A DNA stretch of 64,000 nt from Octopus sinensis (GCF_006345805.1 NC_043005.1:77438001-77502000); one strand, 5' to 3'. Positions 1 to 11,319 are shown, numbered from the stretch's first letter. Notes: generated from the sequence alone by a model not told the origin. A program made the numbers and translations.

Positions 1-1250
1 GTAATGTCTGCTCAATCAATCCTGACCTTCGGCTAAACTATAGCTGCAACAATAGCCGACACGTCAGTACTTGATAGTGACACTTGCGGTTAGCTATTGG
101 AACTTCAAATCATTTCCTTCTCTGTTTTGTCTGATGATGAACACACTGCATAATGCTAAGACGAAGTAAAAATTAACATAATAAAATAAAAAGGTCTCGG
201 CTGCATGTATTTGACCATTGATCTATCAGCTCAGTCAAAGATGATTTGAGATTAAGCAACTACAGCATCAACCATTTTAAAATTAGTAGAAATTGATATT
301 CGATCGAATGAAATATCAAAGAACCGTTCCTTCAATACTATGAAAATATTCACATCTTGCGTAATATGAAGATAAAAGATAAAATACAATTTAATATACA
401 AAGTAATACGAAGTTATGTAAGACGTAAGTAATAATATGCGATGACCTATTGAGGCATTGACCAGAGTTCAACGTTCAAATAAAAAATTAAACAGAAATG
501 CGTGACATTATATACCCTCAGTTACTTCGCCGCTATATCAATTATATATTACATTTATAAATTCTACATCGGGAATGACAAGAGCAACTTTAATGGCTAA
601 TTTAGATAGTTTGATGAGTTAACTTTTCTTTGAAATATCCTATAATTCTAAGGAGATATGTGTGACATCATTACGATTTGCTATAAGGTAAAATGAGAAA
701 GCGCGAAGGTATAAAATGTCGAATGCCAATGATAAGTTATATATCAAGACTTGGAATGATGCTAAGGCCACTCTGTTCAAGGAAGCATGAAAGACTAGTT
801 ACAATAACTACTGGACTAAAGCAGATCTGACTCTTGTCGAGGTTTCTTTTAAATTTCTGTTTGGTGACATTCTTCAAAATAATTATTATTGTTGTCGTTT
901 ATGGTCAGTGAGAATAGAAAGTATGAAGATGGCTTACATGTCAGTGAATATCTATTTCGATGAAATAGAGAACAACGACTAGTCAACCTAGAAACGTGTC
1001 TCAACGGTGCATTTGCAATTTATGAAGATGGCTACTTTGTTACTGAATATATGTGCTTCAAAGCATTTGCCAAGTTAGAAGCAGAGATCAGCATCGAAAT
1101 GACAAATTGATTGACCAGCAACACAGGTTTACAGCACAAAACTGGAGGCAGTGTCTAACTTCAAATACCCGTAGGCTATACAACATATTCATAAGTTCTG
1201 GCAAAAACATATAGTAATATATATTATGGATAGGTAGATGGATAGATGCA

Positions 1251-1334
1251 GACATACACACATACACACATACATACACACATACATACATACATAAATA
1301 CGTACATACATACATACATACATACATACATACA

Positions 1335-1363
<29 letters not shown>
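1251..1363. repeat. (CA)n/(CATA)n microsatellite
   Basis: Direct run of caca/cata units; explains the MYVC ORF at 1088-1363. Confidence 0.95.
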
Positions 1364-1366
<3 letters not shown>

Positions 1367-1417
1367 AATATACTTTCACTTCACGTACTAGTTAACTGAA
1401 AGCGTTAACGTTAAGAA

Positions 1418-2377
1418 TCTCTCTATATATAAACGGCAGTTTGTCTGTCTGTGTGTCTGTATGTCTGTCAGGTTGTACCCTCACCCTGACCACGGCTTTC
1501 AACTGATTCTGATGAAACTTGACACACACATAGCCAAATGTCATAATTCAAAACTAACGCAGCGCAAATTTTGAAAAGTTCCCCCAGTTCTGAAAAAAAT
1601 CGATAAATTCGACATAGGGTCGAGAATCAGAAGCACAAACCACAGACTGTCTAGGGGACGCAACTCAACCTTTTTAACTCTCAACTCCATCAATATCCAG
1701 CTACTTGAAGCTATTCCTGGTGATGTCCACGTCTACAAATCTATTGATAGGACAGCAGACCCCGCCGAGCTTGCCGATTATCCTGTTGAATTCCTGAATT
1801 CACTTGAACCGCCAGGCCTGCCGCCACACATCCTGAAGTTAAAAGTCGGTGCGCCCATTATGCTCATCAGGAATTTGGTTCCACCTAAACAGTGCAACGG
1901 CACACGTCTGGTTGTGAAACATTTGCCACCACATTTAATAACGGCCACAATACTTACCCGTTGTGGGAAGGGAGAGGACGTCTTCATTCCACGCATGCAC
2001 CTTCAACCGTCGGGCGCTGAACTACCAATCCACTTCAGGCGTTCTCAGTTTCCTGTTAAACTCTACTTCGCAATGTCCATCAATAAATCCCAAGGCCAAA
2101 TGCTACAAGTCGCTGGGTTACAGTTGGGCGAACAGTGCTTCGCCCACGGTCAATTCTACGTGGGCTGTTCACGCGTTGGGAGGCGCAATGATGTTTTTAT
2201 GTTTTCGCCCAAAGGGACAGCTGGGAACATCGTATACACAGAAGTTTTCGAGTGAAGAGAAGACATTGCAACCTACACATGCGCCTTCGTTCCCTAGAGG
2301 GAAAGGACTAGATTGGGATTAGTCGTTGCCTACTAGGGGCTTTTACATACCCGGGCAACGCTGGGCTATGCTGCTAG
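1418..2377 (+). mobile_element. Internally deleted Helitron with both termini
   Basis: 5' TC start (aagaa|TCtctctatatat), 3' subterminal hairpin cccgggcaacgctggg (2350-2365) then CTAG (2374-2377), inserted between A and T with no TSD; internal PIF1 helicase fragment. Confidence 0.9.
1683..2255 (+). pseudogene. Helitron RepHel PIF1-family helicase, C-terminal fragment
   Basis: Open frame NSINIQLLEAIPGDVHVYKSID...YPVEFLNSLEPPGLPPHILKLKVGAPIMLIRNL...CNGTRL...QFPVKLYFAMSINKSQGQ...HGQFYVGCSRV...NIVYTEVFE*, matching the late PIF1 helicase motifs; N-terminal part absent. Confidence 0.92.
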
Positions 2378-2381
2378 TTCA

Positions 2382-2384
<3 letters not shown>

Positions 2385-2416
<32 letters not shown>

Positions 2417-2441
2417 TAATAATAATAATAATAATAATAAT
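2385..2441. repeat. (TAA)n microsatellite, left flank of Dong/R4 fragment
   Basis: Direct aat run. Confidence 0.95.
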
Positions 2442-2443
2442 AT

Positions 2444-2890
2444 TGCTTATTGATTGACATGAGCATCCCCTGTGATCATAATATCTCGGCGAAAGAGTTT
2501 GACAAGCTCAGAAAATATAAAGACCTGCTCATTGAAATTGAGAAAATGTGGCATCTCAAGGCGGTTACAATACCAGTGATCGTAGGAGCACTAGGAATGA
2601 TCAAGAAGGGAACCGAAAATTATATGAGAATGATCCCTGGCTTACCATCCCTGCAAGAAGTGCAAAAGATTGTCTTAACTGGTACATCACACGTATTGAG
2701 AAGAGCATTGTCGATGTGAGAACTATTACTACCCACGTATTTTAATTAAACTTTTTAAAAAAATGAACGAACTAGTGAGTTTAGTTTAATGGCCTACCAA
2801 TGTATACTATGAGTTACTTTGCCCTAGGAGTCGGGAAGACACTCGGCAAGAAATGGAAGCAAATTTGAAAGAAGAAAAGAAAAAAGACAA
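2444..2890 (+). mobile_element. 5'-truncated R4/Dong-clade non-LTR retrotransposon (RLE endonuclease C-terminus plus 3' UTR)
   Basis: 2444-2719 reads CLLIDMSIPCDHNISAKEFDKLRKYKDLLIEIEKMWHLKAVTIPVIVGALG..., matching the RLE pattern D..P...N...KE..K..KY..L..E...MW...PV.VGALG; followed by about 170 nt UTR and (TAA)n. Confidence 0.82.
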
Positions 2891-2892
2891 TG

Positions 2893-2953
<61 letters not shown>
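2893..2953. repeat. (TAA)n microsatellite, right flank of Dong/R4 fragment
   Basis: Direct aat run. Confidence 0.95.
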
Positions 2954-2954
<1 letters not shown>

Positions 2955-3808
2955 TCTTCCTTAGGTACAAAGCCTGAATTTTAGGGGAGGGGTTTAGTCG
3001 ATTACATCGATGCCAGCGCTCAACTGATACTTATTTTGTCGATCCCGAAAGGATGAAATGCCGCTATGCATTTTGCCCGATCGCTAACGTTTCTGCGAGC
3101 TTGCCGCCTTAATAACAACAACAATAACAACAACAGCAACAACAACGGCAGCAACAACATCAATAATAATAATTATAATTATCCTTTCTACTACAGTCAT
3201 AAGGCCTGAAATTTTGGGGAAGTTGGCGCAAGTCGATTACACCGACCCCAGTACATAACTGGTACTTATTTCATCGACCCCGAAAAGATGAAAGCAAAGT
3301 CGACCTCGACGGAATTTGAACTCAGAACGTAAAGACGGACAAAATACCGCTAGGCGTTTTCCCCGGCGTCCTTGCGATTCTGCCAGCTCACCGCTTTAAT
3401 TATAGTGATAATAATGCTTTATAATATAGGCACAAGGCCTGAATTTTGAATGAGGGGACTAGTGTATCCTCTAAAGGATGAAAGGCACAGTCGACCTCGG
3501 TGGAATTTGAACTCAGTCCTTTCTACTAACGATTCTGCCAGCTCGCCGCCTGAGTTATAACAATAATAATAACCACTCAGAGAAACTGAACATATTCTTT
3601 TCTACTCTAGGCACAAGGCCCGAATTTTGTGGGGAAGGTGTCAGTTGATTAGATCGACCCCAGTATGCAACTGGTACTTAATTTATCGACCCTGAAAGGA
3701 TGAAAGGCAAAGCTGACCTCGGCGGAATTCGAACTCAGTACGTAAAGACACGAAATACAGCTAAGCATTTCGCCCGGCATGCTAATGATTCTGCCAGCTC
3801 GCCGCCTT
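2955..3808 (-). mobile_element. Cluster of about 4 tRNA-derived SINE family A copies
   Basis: Reverse complement gives ggcggcgagctggcagaatcgttagca (A-box region), gagttcaaattccgccgaggtcgac (B box), body gtcgat..atcgac and tail ccttgtgcctagagtagaaag(att)n. Confidence 0.85.
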
Positions 3809-3894
3809 AGTTATAACAATAATAATTACAACCACTCAGAGAAACTGAACATATTAAAGCATAAATATAAGTGAAAATAAAAAATGTGCCCTTT

Positions 3895-4132
3895 TAAAGC
3901 CTAGCCAGGCTCATGAGCCCGGTTACCCGGTTTCTATAGCGTATGTGTTTCCCAGCTGAACGGGACGCCAGTCCTTCGGAATGTCGCTCATTTTTGCCAG
4001 CTGAGTGGACTGGAGCAACGTGAAATGAAGTGTTTTGCTCAAGAACACAACGCGTCGGCCGGTCCAGGAATCAAAAACACAATCTTACGAGCATGATGCT
4101 GACACCCTAACCACTAAGCCACGCGCCTCCAC
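3895..4132 (-). mobile_element. tRNA-derived SINE family C
   Basis: Reverse complement begins ggcgcgtggcttagtggttagggtgtcagc with a B-box-like gattcctggacc, and body ttgagcaaaacacttcatttcacgttgctccagtccactcagctggc shared with 10433, 46815, 49400 and 59200. Confidence 0.8.
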
Positions 4133-4199
4133 AAAGCACAAATATGGAAAAAATATTGCTCTTTATGGCTGCAATAGTGCACTGAGAAAAATCTAAACA

Positions 4200-4660
4200 A
4201 TGGATGTCCCTTGGAAAACATAGAATCCTTAACTACTGGCTGAATATCCTCTCTGAGTCTCAAGAGAGATTGACTGCCTGCACAATAGTTTTATGCACGA
4301 CTCCAGGAAAATCCCTTCCTGATAAGTAATGCAGTAACCACAAAAAATAGTGATGGTACTTCTAATCGGCAAAACAAAAAAAGAACTACCGACCAATTAC
4401 ATATCTTACAACCATGTATAAAATGCTAACATTCATTATTAGTAAATATATATATATGCTCCTGATAGACAACAAAATATTCCCCCAACGAACAAAACGG
4501 TTATAAACATGGCTTTTAATCAATAAAGTTATTCTAGAGGGCTGCCACAAACGATACAAACGTATTTCTATTGCCTGGATTGATAACAAAAATACTTTCC
4601 CTATAGCTATAGTGAGAAATGATTGGAAATCTGTATAAAATCTATCCGGTTATTGGAAAA
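4200..4660 (+). mobile_element. Decayed R4/Dong-like reverse transcriptase fragment
   Basis: From 4384: NYRPITYLTTMYKMLT...FPNEQNGYKHG/LLINKVILEGCHKRYKRISIAWID (frameshifted), the early RT subdomains of RLE-type LINEs. Confidence 0.7.
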
Positions 4661-5336
4661 TTTTGCTCAAATAATATGAAGCACTGGAAGACAACTCTAA
4701 TACTGAACTATGGATGTTTACAAGTGGTATATTGTTGCTGACGAAGGCTCCAAAAAAAGATTCGAAATTTACAACTAATTATTTTACCATTTTATGTCCA
4801 TACACATATTGTATAAGCAAATGAATGTGCTCCATAGTATTTTATAGCAACGAAATGCAATATTGATTTCAAACTTTGGTACAAAGCCAGCAATTTTAGG
4901 AAGATGGAGATAAGTCGATAACATCGACCCCAGTGCTAAAAGACGGACGAAATGCCGCTAAGCATTTTGTCCGACGCAGTAAAGGTTCTGCCTTAAATAT
5001 TAGTAATATATCATTTAACGTTCATTCGCGCTGCCACAAAACTATGAAATGCGCAAATTGGTCTATATCCAGTTAATCCATCAATTCTGTGTTCAGATTC
5101 CGCCGAGGTCACATGCGTCTTTCATCCTTTCGGTATTGATAAAATAAGTACCGGATGATCACTGTGGTCGATGAATCAACTTAACCGCTCCACTAAAATT
5201 GCTGGCCTTATGCCAAAATTTGAAACTAATATTAATAGGTTTATAACCAATGTTTATATACATATACACATATATATATGTATGTATATATATACATATA
5301 TATATATATATGTATATGTATATATATATATACATT

Positions 5337-5510
5337 TCGCCATGCTGGACCGTTGACCTCTACTGTTCTTTTCATTCTCTTTCTGTTTATTTTCTCTTAT
5401 ACTTCTCTGATGAGGAGCGTAGGGTCGAAACGTAAACGACTTTCGTCAATTTTTCCGAGCTTCAAACTAATACGCCTGTCTTTGTCTTTTGTTTTTCTAT
5501 AAATTTCTGC
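5337..5510 (+). mobile_element. Short Penelope-like terminal element with hammerhead-like motif
   Basis: CTGATGA-G-GAGC-GTAG-GGTC-GAAAC-GTA at 5407-5434; homologous to 13859-14058 and 50545-50680. Confidence 0.6.
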
Positions 5511-5521
5511 TCTGTGTGTGT

Positions 5522-5594
<73 letters not shown>

Positions 5595-5599
5595 AAATA

Positions 5600-5810
5600 T
5601 AATGAGACAACAAAGCCGAAGGCTGTGCGGAATTTTCAGGACATTTATAAAGAGTAAGTTAGTCTTACAGCTGTGTCTGGGATATTAGGGATAACCCTTC
5701 AGCAGAGACGATGTGAGCTGGTTAAATAGAGGGAAATAGTAAAGTTCCATAGCACTTACATAGCCTTACCTGCCACTTTGGGTCTTCTGGATACCAATAC
5801 CTCCCTCATA
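5600..5810 (-). mobile_element. Penelope-like terminal fragment with decayed hammerhead
   Basis: Reverse complement of 5662-5709: gtct-CTGCTGA-A-GGG..ATCCC-A-GACAC-AGCT-GTA-agac; adjacent agacccaaagtggcaggtaa resembles 56350-56400. Confidence 0.5.
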
Positions 5811-5842
5811 TATGTATAAATATATATATACTTACATATATA

Positions 5843-5969
<127 letters not shown>

Positions 5970-7240
5970 ATATTATATATATATATATACACATATATAT
6001 ATATATATATACATATAATATAGACATATATATATTATATATATGCATACATACACACACACATCTATATATTCAGTCTCTTTCTACTCTGAGTTTCGCC
6101 TGGGTGTGCACAGGTTCTTAAAGCAAATTATATATATGTTTATATAGACCCCAGCCCACATATACATTTAAATTGTGCGTAGCTTTGTGCTTGTGCTTCT
6201 CCCCCATCGCATTGTTTGGTTTGTTTGAGGAGCCGTAACTTAACAATTTGACAAAAAAGTGAACCATAAACTTAATAAGGAATAAGCTTAATAAGAATGA
6301 AGTCCATTTACTCGACTAGACATTTGAATGCAGTGCGCCAGCATGACTACAATCTTTTGACTAAAAGAATGTACAAGATAAAAAGAGTAAAACGATATTA
6401 AATTAAGCATAGCCATGTTGAATTCCGTCCAAAAACCACCAAGAGTACGCTTAGTAATATATTTTTTCACTGTTTACTTCTCTCGGAGATTTCAAATTTA
6501 TTTATGAAATTCCTCGACTATTCAACTTGTATATTGTTTTCGAAATTTTAAATCTTCAAAGATGCAATAGAATATATTAGTTCTCAAATTCTGTTGAAAT
6601 ATATAATATGTAGCTTCTCACGACTGACTTACAATTAATCTACATTGTTTCCTTTCAATAATCGGTGATTTAGAAACAATATCGGCATAATTTCCGCCAT
6701 CTGAAGTGAAGCAAAACGTCTCAGAAATGACGAGCCAATGAGAAAGTCTCTTCCTGGTCGCTAGACACTGCTACAAATAATTGTCATATCTAACTCATAT
6801 GATATCGTACTATCTTAAAGGGAACGATCTAGTGGCTCGTATAGTAGTAGGTGTGCAGTCTTCTACAAGAAAAAAGAACGATTGACGAAACAACGCTGGA
6901 ATTCTTTTGGAACTAAACAACAAAAAAAGCAACTCAGAACTGCATTATCAAAAGTTTTTTCCATATTTTTCAGTTAGCTGGCAGAGGCGTTAGCAAGTCT
7001 GGCAAAATACTGAGCAGTATTCCTTCTGTTTTTTCTATGTGCTGAAACAAATATCTTACAGGTAAAGGGCATCAATATTTATCCTTAATCAATAGGAGTC
7101 CGAATAAAATTTTATCATTATGTCATGGATTTGGGATCCCAACGTTTCAAAATTTATTTGGAACAAAAACATTACTTAGAAATAATATATTTCCAAATCT
7201 CTCAGAGAGATTTATGCAGTACCAGCACGATAAAGTGATA

Positions 7241-7597
7241 GCATGTTGTCAACTTAATGTGACAGTCCCATGAAAAGGAAGAATGCTACTGTTATTTAGC
7301 CCTAGGAAATACCTGGGAGATTTAGAAATATATTATTTCTATTTTCAAAAATCAGTGACTGTATTTCACTTGTAATATATACATCGGCATCGGCAGCTAG
7401 CAAGCTACTCCAGACTGATGATGAGCAATGACTCTGAAACTAGTCTCTGGGTGCTGGTTGGAGATGCTTGTCTCTACTTTGAAAACATAAGGACACAGAA
7501 AATGTGTCAAGTCCAACAGGAAACGGTGTTTCCTAGGGCTAAATAACAGTAGCATTCTTCCCTTTTATGGGACTGTCACATTAAGTTGACAACATGC
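7241..7597. mobile_element. MITE with about 73-bp TIRs and TA duplication (Tc1/mariner-like)
   Basis: gcatgttgtcaacttaatgtgacagtccca...ccctaggaaatacc (7241-7313) is inverted at 7525-7597; TA on both sides. Confidence 0.85.
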
Positions 7598-7614
7598 TAT
7601 CAAAACATTACTTG

Positions 7615-8008
7615 TATAAGTGTGGCTGTGTGGTAAGAAGCTTGCTTCCCAACCACATGGTTCCGGATTCACTTCCACTGCGTGGAACTTTGGGCAGGTG
7701 TCTTCTACTATAGCCGCAAGTTGTGAGTGGATTTGGTAACCGGAAACTGAAAGAAGCCTGTCGTATGTGTGTGTGTATGTGTGTATGTGTGTGTATGTTG
7801 TGTTCGTGTTTGTCTCCTTATCACCGTTTGACAACCAGTGTTCGTATGTTTACGTCCCCGTAATCTAGCGATTAGGCAAAAGTACGGATAGAATAAGTAC
7901 TAGGCTTAAAGAAAAAAAAAATAAAATGCGGTCGAGGTGTTTGACTTAAACCCTTCAAGGCGATGCTCCAGCATGGCTGCAGTCAAATGATGGAAACAAG
8001 TAAAAGAA
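7615..8008 (+). mobile_element. tRNA-derived SINE family B, near full length
   Basis: gtggctgtgtggtaagaagcttgcttcccaaccacatggttccgg head, internal (TG)n, tail ggcgatgctccagcatggctgcagtcaaatga..aaacaagtaaaaga. Confidence 0.88.
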
Positions 8009-8082
8009 TTCCCGTTTAGTTTATCCAGTCATGTTTTGTCAATCCTCTTCTCTGGGTTTCTAAGTATATAATTATGTTTATT

Positions 8083-8325
8083 CTTTCACTAGTTTCAGTC
8101 ATTGGGCAGCAGTCATGATGGGGCACGCCTCGCATTGAAGGAGTTGGGGGTCGGACAAATCGACCCCAGTATCTATTTATTTTTAAAGACAGTTACTTAT
8201 TCTAAAGCCCTTTTTTGCCAAACTGCTAAGTTACGAGAACGTAAACGAACTAACATATGTTGTCAAGTGGTGGACGGCGTGTGGCAAACACAGACACAAG
8301 ACAACACACATGCATATATATATAT
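8083..8325 (-). mobile_element. SINE family B 3' half, inverted relative to 7615-8008
   Basis: tcactagtttcagtcatt..gcagtcatg..gcacgcc is the reverse complement of the family B tail. Confidence 0.75.
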
Positions 8326-8594
8326 ATGTTTGTTTGTTTGTTTTCGTTCGGTTTCCCTGTATGTCTCCATTGTCCTGTTTTTGTTCCTAACTTTGACCCC
8401 CCCATAAATCCAAAATTTTATGTCCCTAGGCATAAGTGGACTCGAGGTCATTTTCCCAGTGAGCTGCCTAACGGGATTGAACAACGAACCAAATTGCTTC
8501 AAATGGGACTTCTTAACCACACATCCAGGCCTATGTAATAATAAACGATGCATATTTTTGTTGGTTAACATATTCAGGAGGACTTGTCCAAACA

Positions 8595-9025
8595 CTTTCT
8601 ACTATAGGCACAAGGCCTGAAATATTGGTGGGGAGGGGCTACATCAGTGCTCAGCTAGCTCTTATTTTATCGAATCAGAAACAATGAAAAGCAAAGGCAA
8701 CCTCGACCGAGTTTGAACTCGGAGCGTTAAGCCGGAAGAAATGCTGCTAAGTATTTAATCCGGAATGGTAATGATTCTGTTAGTCCTCATCATTAGGTTG
8801 TCACAGAATAATCCCTTCTACTACAGGTTCAAGGCCTGAAATTTGAGGGGAGTGAGTGAGTCGATTATATCGGTCCCTTTGCAGAACTGGTACTTATTTA
8901 ATCGACACCGAATGGATGAATGGTAAGATCGACCTCGACGGAATTTGAACTCAGAACATAAAGACGGGCGAAATACCACTAAGCATTTTGCCTGGCGTGC
9001 TAATGATTCTGCCAGCACGCCGCCA
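8595..9025 (-). mobile_element. Two SINE family A copies
   Basis: Same A-family motifs at 8595-8790 and 8813-9025. Confidence 0.8.
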
Positions 9026-9321
9026 TGGGGTGTCACATAATGATGGAACGTATTTTATTTGTAATTTCGAAGAACCACGGTACTCAGCAAAATAAACGTG
9101 TTCTTCCCTATTGTAGTTACTTTCGTTTTAAATGTGTCTCCATTATTACGAGACACCCTGTATGTATGTAGATATATATGTATGTATGTATCTATCTATC
9201 TATATATGTATCTATGTATGTATGTGTGTTTGTATATGCATGTATGTATGTGTGTATATATGTACGTATGTATGTATGTATATACGTATGTAAGTACATA
9301 CACAAACATATATATACATAC

Positions 9322-9389
<68 letters not shown>

Positions 9390-10432
9390 TGAAGATGAAT
9401 AAAGGATGCAATACAAATTTGGAAAGCGATTTACTTTACGGTAAGTGACTATTTCAATACAAATCAATCGACATCTAGTCTCCGCCATTTGCAAGGAACT
9501 AATAGAAAAGTCTCCAATAGACTTAATTACTTATTCAGTGTTGTACATTGTATCCTACATATCGTTACACAAGGTTTGAAACAGAGGGAGAGAGAGGCGG
9601 GGAAAGAACGACAGAAATTGGAAGAGAGAGCGACAGAGATAGAGAGAGAGTATGAAGTTTACAAAGGCCTTTCATTTTATTTTAAGCAAATCCCTCGTGT
9701 TGGTCGTACGTCATATATCAAACAGCCAAGTAGACGGCAACATACGGTAAAAGCTTTGAATGCAACCATCGCCATGATCGGATGTGTCCGTTGCTCTTCG
9801 TTGAGTTTGCAGTGTCTGTTGCGTATCGATTAATGCCACGTTGTCCGTGAAGTGATAACTATCTAGTAAATACATTTATATATTTATTTATGTAAATATT
9901 TCATTTGATAAATATTAATATACACGCACATCTAACAAAATACATTTTTTTACATATTCGCACTTGATAAATATTTGAATATGTACACACATGCTCACAA
10001 AAACACGCACCTCCTTAAACATACATCTTAAAACATACATAAATACATACATACACATATACATACATACGTACGTACATACATACATACATACATACAT
10101 ACATACATACATACATACATACATACATACATAAGCAACGAACGACTGAGCTTTTTCTTTCCTCTCTTTCCCTTCAACTAATTATGTCAAAGCGCTACAG
10201 TTACATTTCCTCTACTTCACGTCATGGACGCTGCTCTTCCTCTCTTTTTCTAATCACGTGAAAGCATTACCAACGGGCTAAGTAACGGAACGACAAGCAG
10301 AATTATTATAAGATGCACGGAGAGAAAGAGCTAACGACAAAGCTATTAACTGATCACTCAATCGGCAAATCTCAGTTAGCAACCATTTCTCCTCACGCTG
10401 CATCCTACAGCTTTCTCTTCACAAGAATATCA

Positions 10433-10960
10433 CTGGCATCCCGTCGGTTACGAGGTGATGTGTTCCGGCTGATCCGATCAACGGAACAGCCTGCTGTTCG
10501 TGAAAATAACATGCAAGTGGCTGAGTACTCCACAGACACAAGTGGCCTTAACGCAGTTCTCACAGAAATTCAGCATGACAGAGAATGGGACAAGTTTGGC
10601 TCTTTGAATTATATGCCAGCTGAGTGGACGGGAGCAACGTGAAATAAAATGTCTTGCTCAAGGATACGAAACACGCCGCCAGGAATCCGAGCTTACAATT
10701 ATGAGTCAGCCGTTCGAGAATTTGGACCTGGAAATTTCGATTTCCAGTGACTTCGAGGGCCACCTCCCAGTGGTGTCGGGCGTCAACGAAGAGCCCTCGA
10801 CTACAACAAGACAACCAAAGTTTTTTTTCCAAAGTCTGGGGTCTCCCGCACCTAAGCCCTAGGCCATCACCTAATCACCCTTACTCGTCTTCTTGCTTAA
10901 CAAAAACCACAACAACAACAATTATGAGCCAAGTAACCCCTAACCACTAAGCCACGCGCT
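10433..10960 (-). mobile_element. SINE family C with LINE-derived tail, interrupted by a nested insertion
   Basis: Tail tggcatcccgtcggttacg.., body gccagctgagtggac..gcaacgtgaaat, head ccctaaccactaagccacgcgc; head split at 10706-10917. Confidence 0.8.
10706..10917 (+). mobile_element. 212-bp retro-insertion with (AAC)n tail and 11-bp TSD
   Basis: acaattatgag duplicated at 10695-10705 and 10918-10928; insert ends accacaacaacaac. Confidence 0.7.
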
Positions 10961-11205
10961 TTAGTGGTTAGGCTATTCAGTCTTGTATCAGATTTCCGGC
11001 GGTATGTTTTCACCTTGAGCTGGCAAAGATGAGTTGTAAATCAAAAAACCAGCCTTGTCATATACTGTCTCAAGTTTAATCTACTTTAGAGCTACGTTCA
11101 GGGTACGTGTGTTTGTGAAATACACAGCCACTTACATGTTAATTTCACGAGCAGAATCGGATCAACTGGAACGCTCCTCGTCGTAACCGACGGAATGCCA
11201 GTTTA
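10961..11205 (+). mobile_element. SINE family C, degraded
   Basis: ttagtggttagg head; ends ctcgtcgtaaccgacggaatgccagttt. Confidence 0.7.
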
Positions 11206-11319
11206 TAATAGCCTTTGTTTTCATATCAAACGCAGCTTGGCAATAAATGCCATGGCTAATATATCAAGAGAAATTATTGTAAATTATTGAATGCAAAGAG
11301 GAAGATAAACTCTCGTCTA

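Noticed and set aside
9489-9833. 114-aa plus-strand ORF
   Set aside because: Non-ATG start, passes through an (AG)n repeat, and has no recognisable domain.
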